DNA of 64,000 nucleotides from an uncultured Acetatifactor sp. (GTDB taxonomy: Bacteria > Bacillota > Clostridia > Lachnospirales > Lachnospiraceae), in assembly GCA_910585615.1 (NCBI GenBank), contig CAJUFO010000003.1:18380-82379 (forward strand). The letters are read 5' to 3'. Positions 28,112 to 36,823 of the stretch are shown in pieces. The position numbers and the translations under genes are program-made. The notes beneath the pieces were generated by a model, which saw only the letters and a program-made list of their open reading frames with translations, searched no databases and was not told the origin of the DNA. Numbering within the stretch: the stretch's first letter is position 1; every line of letters starts with the position of its first letter.

Positions 28112-29692
28112 ATGATTACCTGGAAAAATCTGGACACTGCGTCCGCATATCAGGAGCTGCTGAACGTGGCACCTGTAGACCTGAAAGAGGCAATGACAGG
28201 AGAGGGCGGTGCGGAGCGCGTGAAGAAGTACAGCGTTCCCATGGCGGCCGGGCTGGCATTCAACTATGCGGCGAAGCAGGTGGACGACAAGGCTCTGGAG
28301 GCTTTCACGAAGCTGGCGGCGGAGATGCAGCTGGCGGAGAAGTTCGAAGCTCTCTATAATGGCGAAGTGATCAATACCGGCGAGAAGCGCATGGTGCTCC
28401 ACCATCTGACGAGAGGGCAGCTGGGGGAGGCTGTTGTGGCTGACGGCGTGGACAAGCGCGGCTTCTATGTGGAGCAGCAGAAAAAGATAGCGGAGCTGGC
28501 GAACAAAGTCCACAGCGGCGAGATCACCAATGCCGCAGGGGAGAAATTCACCACGGTAGTCCAGATCGGCATCGGCGGCAGCGACCTGGGCCCCCGGGCC
28601 ATGTACCTGGCCCTGGAGAACTGGGCCAAGGTGAACGATACCTTCAAGATGGAAGCCCGGTTCATCAGCAACGTGGATCCCGACGACGCGGCGGCGGTGC
28701 TGAACACCATCGACGTGGCCCATTCCATTTTCGTGCTGGTATCCAAATCCGGCACCACCCTGGAGACCTTGACTAACGAGTCCTTCGTGAAGAATTCGCT
28801 GAAGAACGCGGGGCTGGATCCCTCCAGGCATATGATCGCCGTCACCAGCGAAACCTCCCCCCTGGCCAAGAGCGACGACTATCTGGCGGCGTTCTTCATG
28901 GACGACTACATCGGCGGCCGGTTCTCCTCCACCTCCGGCGTAGGCGGAGCGGTTCTGTCCCTGGCTTTCGGCCCGGAGGTATTCGCCCGGTTCCTGGAGG
29001 GCGCGGCAGAAGAAGACAAACTTGCCTGCAATAGGGACATCCTGAAGAACCCTGCCATGCTGGATGCCCTGATCGGCGTCTACGAGCGCAATGCATTGGG
29101 CTATCAGAATACGGCGGTGCTGCCTTATTCCCAGGCCCTGAGCCGCTTCCCGGCCCATCTGCAGCAGCTCGACATGGAGTCCAACGGAAAATCCGTGAAC
29201 CGCTTCGGCGAGCCCGTGAGCTACCCCACAGGCCCCGTCATCTTCGGCGAGCCCGGCACCAACGGCCAGCATTCCTTCTACCAGCTCCTGCACCAGGGCA
29301 CGGACATCATCCCCCTGCAGTTCGTGGGCTTTCGGAAGAACCAGATGGAGCGGGACGTGGTGATCCAGGACAGCACCAGCCAGCAGAAGCTCTGTGCCAA
29401 CGTGGCGGCCCAGATTGTGGCCTTCGCCTGCGGCAAGGCTGACGAGAACCGCAACAAGAACTTTGAAGGCGGACGCCCCTCCAGTATCATCGTGGGCGAC
29501 CGGCTCACCCCTGAGGCCCTGGGTGCGTTGTTGTCCCATTTCGAGAACAAGGTCATGTACCAGGGCTTCGTCTGGAACATCAACAGCTTCGACCAGGAGG
29601 GTGTGCAGCTGGGCAAGGTCCTGGCCAAGAAGGTGCTGGCCCACGACACGGAAGGCGCGCTGAAGGCATACAGCGACCTGCTGGATATCTGA
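28112..29692 (+). CDS. pgi: Glucose-6-phosphate isomerase
   Basis: GIGGSDLGP, SKSGTTLET, GGRFS, QQLDMESNGK, GTNGQHSFYQLLHQG and FDQEGVQLGK. Confidence 0.97.
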   Translation: MITWKNLDTASAYQELLNVAPVDLKEAMTGEGGAERVKKYSVPMAAGLAFNYAAKQVDDKALEAFTKLAAEMQLAEKFEALYNGEVINTGEKRMVLHHLTRGQLGEAVVADGVDKRGFYVEQQKKIAELANKVHSGEITNAAGEKFTTVVQIGIGGSDLGPRAMYLALENWAKVNDTFKMEARFISNVDPDDAAAVLNTIDVAHSIFVLVSKSGTTLETLTNESFVKNSLKNAGLDPSRHMIAVTSETSPLAKSDDYLAAFFMDDYIGGRFSSTSGVGGAVLSLAFGPEVFARFLEGAAEEDKLACNRDILKNPAMLDALIGVYERNALGYQNTAVLPYSQALSRFPAHLQQLDMESNGKSVNRFGEPVSYPTGPVIFGEPGTNGQHSFYQLLHQGTDIIPLQFVGFRKNQMERDVVIQDSTSQQKLCANVAAQIVAFACGKADENRNKNFEGGRPSSIIVGDRLTPEALGALLSHFENKVMYQGFVWNINSFDQEGVQLGKVLAKKVLAHDTEGALKAYSDLLDI

Positions 29693-29903
29693 CCGTATTG
29701 ACAGGAAACTGCCGCTTTTGTATGCGATAACTATCACTTTTTACTATTGATTTATTGGAAAATTCTTGTATAATAATCTTCGATGTATTGAGAATGGAAG
29801 AAGGACAGAGCCTTTTTCCGTCAATAATACGCAGGAGGGACGTTCCGGAAAACGGATACCCCCGGGGAAGCCGGGCATGCGCCTTCCGAAAGAGGAGGAT
29901 AAC

Positions 29904-30644
29904 ATGAAAAAAATCACATCGTTACTATTGGCGGCAGTTTTGGCAGTTGCCTGTGCAGGCTGCGGCTCCAAAGGGGGCGACACGGATGCCAAGTCCGAGG
30001 GCGTCATGACCTACGCGGAGTATGACAGCGCGGCGCTGGAATCCGAGGTGGTCATCGAGGCCTATGTCCAGGCGAAGCAGTCCTGGTGGGATAACAAGGC
30101 CACCGTCTACGCCCAGGACAAGGAGGGCGGCTACTTCATCTACAACATGGCCTGCTCTGAGGAGGACTACGCGAAGCTCACCACCGGAACCAAAATCAAG
30201 GTCACAGGCTACAAGACAGAGTGGTCCGGCGAGGTGGAGATTGCCGAGGGCGCTACCTTTGAAATCGGAGAGGGGAATTACGTAGCTTCCGCGGAGGATG
30301 TCACCTCCCTGCTGGGAAGCGATGACCTGATCAAGCACCAGAACAAGTTCGTGGCATTCAAGGGCATGACCGTGGAGGCCAGCAAGGATGCGGACGGCAA
30401 TGACGCGGCATTCCTTTACAACTGGGACGGTTCCGGCCAGGAGGGCGACGACCTGTACTTCAATGTCTCCCTGAACGGCAATACATATACCTTCACCGTG
30501 GAGTCCTATCTGTGCGACAGCAGCACCGAGGTCTACAAGGCGGTGCAGGCCCTGAACATCGGGGACAAAATCGACATGGAGGGCTTCCTGTACTGGTACG
30601 AGGGCGTGAATCCCCACATCACTTCTGTGAAGGCGGCAAAATAG
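29904..30644 (+). CDS. Uncharacterised lipoprotein with two putative OB-fold-like repeats
   Basis: GGAGG RBS, signal peptide with lipobox CAGC, and two beta-rich units each ending G.KI.V/M.G. Confidence 0.8.
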   Translation: MKKITSLLLAAVLAVACAGCGSKGGDTDAKSEGVMTYAEYDSAALESEVVIEAYVQAKQSWWDNKATVYAQDKEGGYFIYNMACSEEDYAKLTTGTKIKVTGYKTEWSGEVEIAEGATFEIGEGNYVASAEDVTSLLGSDDLIKHQNKFVAFKGMTVEASKDADGNDAAFLYNWDGSGQEGDDLYFNVSLNGNTYTFTVESYLCDSSTEVYKAVQALNIGDKIDMEGFLYWYEGVNPHITSVKAAK

Positions 30645-30673
30645 CCGGACAAGACAGCAGAATATTCCTAAAA

Positions 30674-30715
30674 ACAGCCGGTCAGCGGATTTCGTTGAAC
30701 CGGCTGTCTTTTTTT
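30674..30715 (+). terminator. Intrinsic terminator
   Basis: ACAGCCGG...CCGGCTGT stem followed by T7. Confidence 0.8.
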
Positions 30716-30736
30716 ACGAATTTTGGAAAAAAGGTG

Positions 30737-30765
30737 TTGACATTCCCCGCAGATGTGCTTATACT
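30737..30765 (+). promoter_or_regulatory. Sigma-70/A promoter
   Basis: TTGACA-17 nt-TATACT. Confidence 0.75.
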
Positions 30766-30806
30766 AGACAATAGTCTGAAAACAAATTTATGGAAAGGAG
30801 GCAGTC

Positions 30807-30893
30807 GTGATGACGTTCAGAGTTGGAAATTTGCAGACAGCATTACAGGAAAACAGAATCAGGAAATTGTCTCCCGGGAATATAGTAGATTGA
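30807..30893 (+). CDS. Putative 28-aa leader peptide (M)MTFRVGNLQTALQENRIRKLSPGNIVD
   Basis: AAAGGAGG RBS right after the promoter, then GTG/ATG; followed by hairpins and a terminator. Confidence 0.55.
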   Translation: MMTFRVGNLQTALQENRIRKLSPGNIVD

Positions 30894-30942
30894 GTTTATC
30901 AATGCATTATGTTTTGTGACCAGAACAAAACGCGTGGAATAG

Positions 30943-30986
30943 ACCATGGCTGCCTGCTATCTGCCTGCAGGTATCATGGTTTTTTT
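30943..30986 (+). terminator. Attenuator-type terminator upstream of the ABC operon
   Basis: ACCATGGCTGCCTGC...GCAGGTATCATGGT stem followed by T7, about 50 nt before the ABC start codon. Confidence 0.7.
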
Positions 30987-31033
30987 GCGTCCGGGGCTGG
31001 TCTGTACGGGAGCGGAGACGGGAGGAGAGTGGA

Positions 31034-33373
31034 ATGAAGTTACCGAAAAGTTTTGTCAGCATAGCCGGGAAGTATGGCGTAAAGCAGGAGGATGTCATCT
31101 TTGCGGCCATGGCTGACTTTGATATGGAATACCGGTTCGCGGATACCATCGTGGCCCTCACGAAGGAGAAGCTGCTGGTGGCCGCCTACCCTTACCAGGA
31201 AAGAACGGAGAAGGGGAGGGCCGTGGAATACCACTTCGGCGGGTACGGCGGATGGCAGTTGAACGAGGAGGCCGCCCTGACGGAGGAGCCCGCGCTGCAG
31301 ATTTACGAACTGGACAAGGTGGAGAAGATGGAGGTGCTGCGCCAGGTGGCCACAGGCGTGCTGATGGCGGAAATCGACGGCGTGGAGCGGAACCTATGCC
31401 ATTTCTCCAATACCAGGATGGGAACCTTCCTGAAGGTATGCAGCATCTTCGGGAAGCTGAAGAAGGCGGAGGAAATCACCGGGGAGGATCTGAACGTGGA
31501 GAAAGGAAAGGAGTGCTGCCCCAAGTGCGGCATGATCTATCCTGACCAGGAGCGGAAGGTCTGCCCCAAGTGCATGGACAAGAAGTCCATCCTGTTCCGG
31601 GTGCTGTCCTATTTTAAGCCTTATATGAAATATCTGGTCATCATGGTCCTGTGCTATATCGGCTCGGCGGTGCTGAACCTGGTGTGGCCGTACCTAAGCG
31701 GAACCATCCTGTACGATCAGGTGCTGGCCCGCAACGAGGAGTTCCTGGCGCTGCTGCATCTGCCGGCCGGACGCTTCGTGACCGCATTGACCGTGTTGGT
31801 CATCTCCATGATCGTCACAAAGGTGATTCTCCAGGGGCTGGCCGTGCTCCAGGGCGTGCTGGCCGCGCGGATTGCACCGTCGGTGGTGGCTACGCTGAAG
31901 AGCCAGGTGTTCTCCTCCATGGGGCGGCTGTCCATCAGCTTCTATTCCAAGAGGCAGACCGGCGGCCTGATGACCCGGGTGTCCGACGACGCGGAGGAGA
32001 TTTCCGGCTTCCTGATAGACGGCATCCCGAATTTCTTCGTCAATGTGGGGACCATACTGGCTACGATTGTCATCATGTTCCTGCTGGATCCCCTGCTTGC
32101 GCTGATGTCCGTCATCCTGATGCCGGTGCTGGTGGTGATCAGCTACCGGATGATGCCCCATCTGTGGCATTATTACGGGAAGCGGCACCGGGCCAACCGC
32201 CGCCTGAAGGGGCAGATGAACGAGAACTTCACGGGAGCCCGGGTGGTGAAGGCCTTTGGCCAGCAGGAGCAGGAGATGACCCGCTTCAAGAAGAACAACG
32301 GCAAGGTGCGCACGGCAGAGATGGACCTTGCCCGGTATGACAACAAATTCTATGCGCTGTACCGCTCCGTGGAGGATACCATCAGCTTCCTGGTGTGGGC
32401 CGTGGGCGGCGCTATGATCATCGGCGGCGCGGACATCGAGCTGGGGCTGCTGATCACGTTTTCCGGCTATGTGGGACAGCTCCAGTGGCCCCTGGACTTT
32501 TTCTCCCGGGCCATCCGCTGGTACACCCAGTGCATGAACTCCGCCCAGCGCATGTTCGAGATCATCGACGCGGTGCCGGAGGTGAAGGAGGTGCCGGATC
32601 CCCTGCGGCCCGGGGAGCTGCGGGGCGAGATCGAGCTGCGGAACGTGACCTTCGGCTATGAGGCCCACAAGCCTATCCTGAAGGATATCAGCTTCCATGT
32701 GGAGGCGGGGGAGGTGTTCGGCATCGTGGGGCGCTCCGGCGCCGGCAAGTCCACGCTGGTGAACCTGATCTCCAGGCTCTATGATACCCAGGAAGGGGAG
32801 GTGCTGGTGGACGGGGTCAACGTGAAGCGCTACGGCTTCCAGGAGCTGCGCAGGAATGTGGCCATGGTATCCCAGGAGACCTACATCTTCATGGGCACGG
32901 TGGCGGAGAACATCGCCTACGCCAGGCCGGACGCTACCAGGGAGGAGATTATCCACGCGGCGGTACAGGCCAATGCCCATGACTTCATCTGCAAGATGCC
33001 GGAGGGGTACGATACCCTGCTGGGTTCCTCCAGCCGCTCGCTTTCGGGAGGTGAAAAGCAGCGGATCTCCATCGCCAGGGCCATCCTGGCGGATCCGAAG
33101 ATACTGATTCTGGACGAGGCCACCTCCGCGGTGGATACGGAGACGGAGCTGGCCATCCAGAAATCCCTGGAGAAGCTGGAGAAGGGCAGGACGGTGCTGT
33201 CCATCGCCCACAGGCTCTCCACCCTGCGAAACGCCACCCATCTGATCGTGCTAGACGACGGGAGGCTTACGGAGTCGGGCACCCATGAGGAGCTGCTGGC
33301 GAAGAAGGGAACATTCTATAAGCTGAGCGAGCTGCAGACCAAAGCGCTGGCCATGCGGGGGATTGAAGTGTGA
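31034..33373 (+). CDS. ABC exporter (TMD+NBD) with a ~170-aa N-terminal extension ending in CPKC...CPKC
   Basis: GRSGAGKS, LSGGEKQR, ILDEATS and AHRL. Confidence 0.92.
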   Translation: MKLPKSFVSIAGKYGVKQEDVIFAAMADFDMEYRFADTIVALTKEKLLVAAYPYQERTEKGRAVEYHFGGYGGWQLNEEAALTEEPALQIYELDKVEKMEVLRQVATGVLMAEIDGVERNLCHFSNTRMGTFLKVCSIFGKLKKAEEITGEDLNVEKGKECCPKCGMIYPDQERKVCPKCMDKKSILFRVLSYFKPYMKYLVIMVLCYIGSAVLNLVWPYLSGTILYDQVLARNEEFLALLHLPAGRFVTALTVLVISMIVTKVILQGLAVLQGVLAARIAPSVVATLKSQVFSSMGRLSISFYSKRQTGGLMTRVSDDAEEISGFLIDGIPNFFVNVGTILATIVIMFLLDPLLALMSVILMPVLVVISYRMMPHLWHYYGKRHRANRRLKGQMNENFTGARVVKAFGQQEQEMTRFKKNNGKVRTAEMDLARYDNKFYALYRSVEDTISFLVWAVGGAMIIGGADIELGLLITFSGYVGQLQWPLDFFSRAIRWYTQCMNSAQRMFEIIDAVPEVKEVPDPLRPGELRGEIELRNVTFGYEAHKPILKDISFHVEAGEVFGIVGRSGAGKSTLVNLISRLYDTQEGEVLVDGVNVKRYGFQELRRNVAMVSQETYIFMGTVAENIAYARPDATREEIIHAAVQANAHDFICKMPEGYDTLLGSSSRSLSGGEKQRISIARAILADPKILILDEATSAVDTETELAIQKSLEKLEKGRTVLSIAHRLSTLRNATHLIVLDDGRLTESGTHEELLAKKGTFYKLSELQTKALAMRGIEV

Positions 33374-33490
33374 GAAGAAGTTCTAGGGTGTCAAAGTACG
33401 CCACCCAAGAACTTCTAGGCTCGGCTTGCGAACAAGTTCGCTTTGCTCGCCGGTTCTCACAGGTCAGAATGCCCAAAGTGCGGGCATTCT
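33369..33490. repeat. Cloverleaf-like palindromic intergenic element
   Basis: Outer TGTGAGAA/TTCTCACA stem; inner AGAAGTTCT.GGGTG/CACCC.AGAACTTCT, GCGAAC-AA-GTTCGC and AGAATGCCC/GGGCATTCT. Confidence 0.6.
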
Positions 33491-33566
33491 TCCAGGATTG
33501 CACCAGCTTGCTGAAACTGAAATATAGGCGCTCTAAGCTTTGGGGTGCAGAAAGGGACGGATATTT

Positions 33567-34184
33567 ATGGAAGGACAGGAAAATAACAGACAAGACCTAT
33601 TAGATCTCCAGGAATTTGACGAGGAGGCTCTGAAGAAGGAATCGGAGGAGCTTCTGGAGATGCATTTCCTCACGGGGGAGAACGCCAGGTTCCGCAGGAC
33701 GGAGGGCGGATTTGTGGCGTTGACGGTAAAGGAAGCAGGGGAAGAGAAGCATTCCGAAACCGAAGCAGGCACCAGGGAATACGACCGTGTGGGCGTGTAT
33801 CTGACATTCCCGCTGACAAACCCGGAGGAATTCATCTCCATCCGGGAGGCGGACGAGAAGGCGAAGGAGATCGGCATCATCGAGAAACTCTCCCAGCTTG
33901 AGAAAGACCAGCAGGAGATGCTGCGGGAGCAGATCAAGCTCCGCTATTTCAGGCCCGTCATCACCAAGGTGCTGGACGTGAAGGACGAGTACGGATACGC
34001 CTACTGGAATGTAGTCACCACCTTTGGGGCCTGCCGCTTTACCACCCAGATGAGTGGTGATGCCGTGATTCATCTGAGCGACTCCAGGTTGTTGGTGACG
34101 GACATCGACGGAAACCGGTATGAGATTCCCGATTTCTACCAGTTGGGCGTCATGGAGCGCAAGAAGCTGGATCTCTTCATATAA
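33567..34184 (+). CDS. DUF1854-family protein
   Basis: FPLTNPEEFISIRE...EIGIIE.L..L....LRYFRP.I..V..V..EYG..YW.V.T..G...F...D.DGNRYEIPD...L...LDLFI. Confidence 0.8.
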   Translation: MEGQENNRQDLLDLQEFDEEALKKESEELLEMHFLTGENARFRRTEGGFVALTVKEAGEEKHSETEAGTREYDRVGVYLTFPLTNPEEFISIREADEKAKEIGIIEKLSQLEKDQQEMLREQIKLRYFRPVITKVLDVKDEYGYAYWNVVTTFGACRFTTQMSGDAVIHLSDSRLLVTDIDGNRYEIPDFYQLGVMERKKLDLFI

Positions 34185-34310
34185 GTATCAGGAACTGTTG
34201 AGTAAGGTTTCTTGCGCATCCAGGACATGAAACGGCCAGCTGCGCTGGCTATGGGAAAATTTACGGATGGCCCGGCTGATTTCGGGCCATGGAAAGGCAT
34301 GTAGGATTTT

Positions 34311-36533
34311 ATGAAACTTTTGTATACATTGACGGGATCCCAACGGGAGGCCCTGGGGCTGGAAGCCGGGGAAGAGGTGCTGTACTGTGTGCCTGTAGAC
34401 CTGGAATTCGACAGCCGGAGGATGCAGGCCAGGGAGGCTTACGCCGGGACGATTTTCCTGGTGGTGACAGGGACGCGTTTCCTGGTGCTGCAGGGGGATG
34501 AGCTCTCCGCACAGTTTCCGCTGGCGGAATGCGAGAAGATTAAGTGCGAGCATCAGGTACACAGCGGCATTGTCATCGTGACGAAAAAGGACGGCCAGGT
34601 CATCTGCGCGGCGCGCTTTTCCATGCGGCACATCGTCCGCGTGGCCTATCTGGCAAGAGGGGCACAGTCCGTCATCGAGTCCCTTGGGACAGGGGAGAAG
34701 CCGGAGCAGGTGGTGAGCCTGGAATATGAGAAATACTGCGAGAAATGCGGCCGGGCCCTCCCCGGCACCAGCAAATGCCCCTACTGCGAGGGCAAGGCGG
34801 ACATTTTGAAGAAATTCATGGCCCTCTGCGGGGAATATGTGGGGAAGCTGCTGCTGATCTCCCTGCTGATGGCCCTGATCTCCGCCATGAACATGGCCAT
34901 ACCTCTGGTACAGCGTGAATTCATTGACGGCACGCTGTCTACCGGGGACGGCGGCTGGCGGGAGCTGTGGATCTTCATCGGCATCACCTTTGCCATGCTC
35001 ATCGGCCGCATCCTGCTGGATGTGTACCGCTACTGGCAGTGCGTGTCCCTGGGGAGCGCCCTGAGCATGAGCCTGCGGCGCAAGCTCTACTATAAGATAC
35101 AGTCCCTCTCCCTGTCCTTCATCAACAACAGGAAGCCGGGAGAGCTGCTCAACCGCGTCTCCCGGGACACCAACCAGATCCGCGGCTTCATGGAAGAGGT
35201 GTTCGGAGACATGTTCTCCACGCTGCTGACCATGGTGGTGTCCCTGATTGTGATGTTCATGATCAGCTGGAAGATGACGCTGCTGTCCACCCTTTTCATC
35301 ATTATCGTGTTCGTGGTGACCAAGGCTTTCTGGCACCATATCCACAGCATCTACCACAAGCAGTGGCTGAAGTCGGACGATTTGGCCAGCAGCCTGCAGG
35401 ACATCATCTCCGGCATGCGGGTGGTGAAGTCCTTTGGAAAAGAGGAGAGGGAGGCAGCCCGCTTTCAGAAGAAGACGGAGGAGTATGCTGACATCAGCAG
35501 GCGCAACGAGACCTTCTGGGCCATCTTTTTCCCCATACTGACCTTCCTGCTGGGGGCGGGGTCATACATCGCCGTGTATTTCGGCGGCATTGATGTGCTG
35601 AACGGAGACATGAGCCTGGGTGAGCTGGTGCAGTTCGTCACCTACTGCGGGTATCTCTTCGGGCCGCTGAGCTGGATGACCCACCTTCCCAGGATGGTCA
35701 TGCAGATGATCACCAGCCTGAACCGCATCTACGACGTGCTGGACGAGGAGCCTGTCATCAAGGACAAAGAGGACAGCAAGGAATTCCTGATCGAGGGCGC
35801 CTTCGACTTCCAGCGGGTGTCCTTCGGCTACCACACCTATGAGCCGGTGCTGGAGAACATCAGCTTCCAGGTGAAACCCGGGGAGATGATCGGGCTGGTG
35901 GGCGCTTCCGGCACGGGGAAATCCACTTTAATCAACCTGATCATGCGGCTGTATGATGTGGATCAGGGAAAGATTACGCTGGACGGCGTGGACCTGCGGG
36001 ACGTGAAGGCCGAGAGCCTGCATTCCCAGATCGGCGTGGTGCTCCAGGAGACCTTCCTGTTCTCCGGCAGCATCCTAGCCAACATCCGCTTCGCCAGACA
36101 GGACGCCACCATGGCGGAGGTCATCCAAGCGGCCAAGGCGGCCAATGCCCATGACTTCATCTGCAAGACGCCGGACGGCTACAACACCTACGTGGGAGAG
36201 CACGGCTACAACCTCTCCGGCGGAGAGCGGCAGAGAATCGCCATCGCCAGGGCCATCCTGAACAACCCAAGGCTGTTGATTCTGGACGAGGCCACCTCGG
36301 CCCTGGACACGGAGAGCGAGTTCCTGATCCAGCAGGCCCTTGACCGGCTGGTGAAGGGGAGGACGACCTTTGCCATCGCCCACAGATTGTCCACTCTGCG
36401 GAATGCCGACAGGCTCGTGGTAATCGATAAGCACGGCATCGCGGAGATTGGGACGCACAATGAGCTGCTGGAGAAGAAAGGGATTTACTACGGGCTGGTG
36501 ACGGCCCAGCTGAAGATGGCGGAAGGGAAGTAG
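34311..36533 (+). CDS. ABC exporter (TMD+NBD) with an N-terminal extension ending in CEKC...CPYC
   Basis: GASGTGKS, LSGGERQR, ILDEATS and AHRL. Confidence 0.92.
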   Translation: MKLLYTLTGSQREALGLEAGEEVLYCVPVDLEFDSRRMQAREAYAGTIFLVVTGTRFLVLQGDELSAQFPLAECEKIKCEHQVHSGIVIVTKKDGQVICAARFSMRHIVRVAYLARGAQSVIESLGTGEKPEQVVSLEYEKYCEKCGRALPGTSKCPYCEGKADILKKFMALCGEYVGKLLLISLLMALISAMNMAIPLVQREFIDGTLSTGDGGWRELWIFIGITFAMLIGRILLDVYRYWQCVSLGSALSMSLRRKLYYKIQSLSLSFINNRKPGELLNRVSRDTNQIRGFMEEVFGDMFSTLLTMVVSLIVMFMISWKMTLLSTLFIIIVFVVTKAFWHHIHSIYHKQWLKSDDLASSLQDIISGMRVVKSFGKEEREAARFQKKTEEYADISRRNETFWAIFFPILTFLLGAGSYIAVYFGGIDVLNGDMSLGELVQFVTYCGYLFGPLSWMTHLPRMVMQMITSLNRIYDVLDEEPVIKDKEDSKEFLIEGAFDFQRVSFGYHTYEPVLENISFQVKPGEMIGLVGASGTGKSTLINLIMRLYDVDQGKITLDGVDLRDVKAESLHSQIGVVLQETFLFSGSILANIRFARQDATMAEVIQAAKAANAHDFICKTPDGYNTYVGEHGYNLSGGERQRIAIARAILNNPRLLILDEATSALDTESEFLIQQALDRLVKGRTTFAIAHRLSTLRNADRLVVIDKHGIAEIGTHNELLEKKGIYYGLVTAQLKMAEGK

Positions 36534-36743
36534 GATAAATTTCGGGCAGATTTGGGGGCATTCTTTCGAGACGGGAGGATATGTCCCCATATTTCGTTGT
36601 GATAAAGCGCCGTTTCATTCCATTTTGCTATAGGACATAGCTGCCATGCCGATAATACAAAGAGAACTTTCCAATGGGAAAAGAACAGGCTGTACGCCAG
36701 CCACGCTTACCAACATAAATCAAGCCTTTTTGCCCGGAAATGA

Positions 36744-36772
36744 TTGCAATCGGTCCCGGGATATTATATACT
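36744..36772 (+). promoter_or_regulatory. Sigma-70/A promoter
   Basis: TTGCAA-17 nt-TATACT. Confidence 0.55.
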
Positions 36773-36823
36773 TACACTATCATTTCCCGCATGACGGGAT
36801 TACCGATGGAAAGGAGATTTCAG

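Noticed and set aside
30920-30950. AAAACGCGTGGAATAGACC as a possible T-box motif
   Set aside because: It is a poor match to the T-box consensus, there is no recognisable specifier stem, and an RBS-led uORF explains the region better.
28019-36658. Shared 14-mer CATGCCGATAATAC upstream of pgi (~28019) and GH172 (~36645)
   Set aside because: Several exact 14-mer matches are expected by chance in 64 kb, and the flanks do not extend the match.
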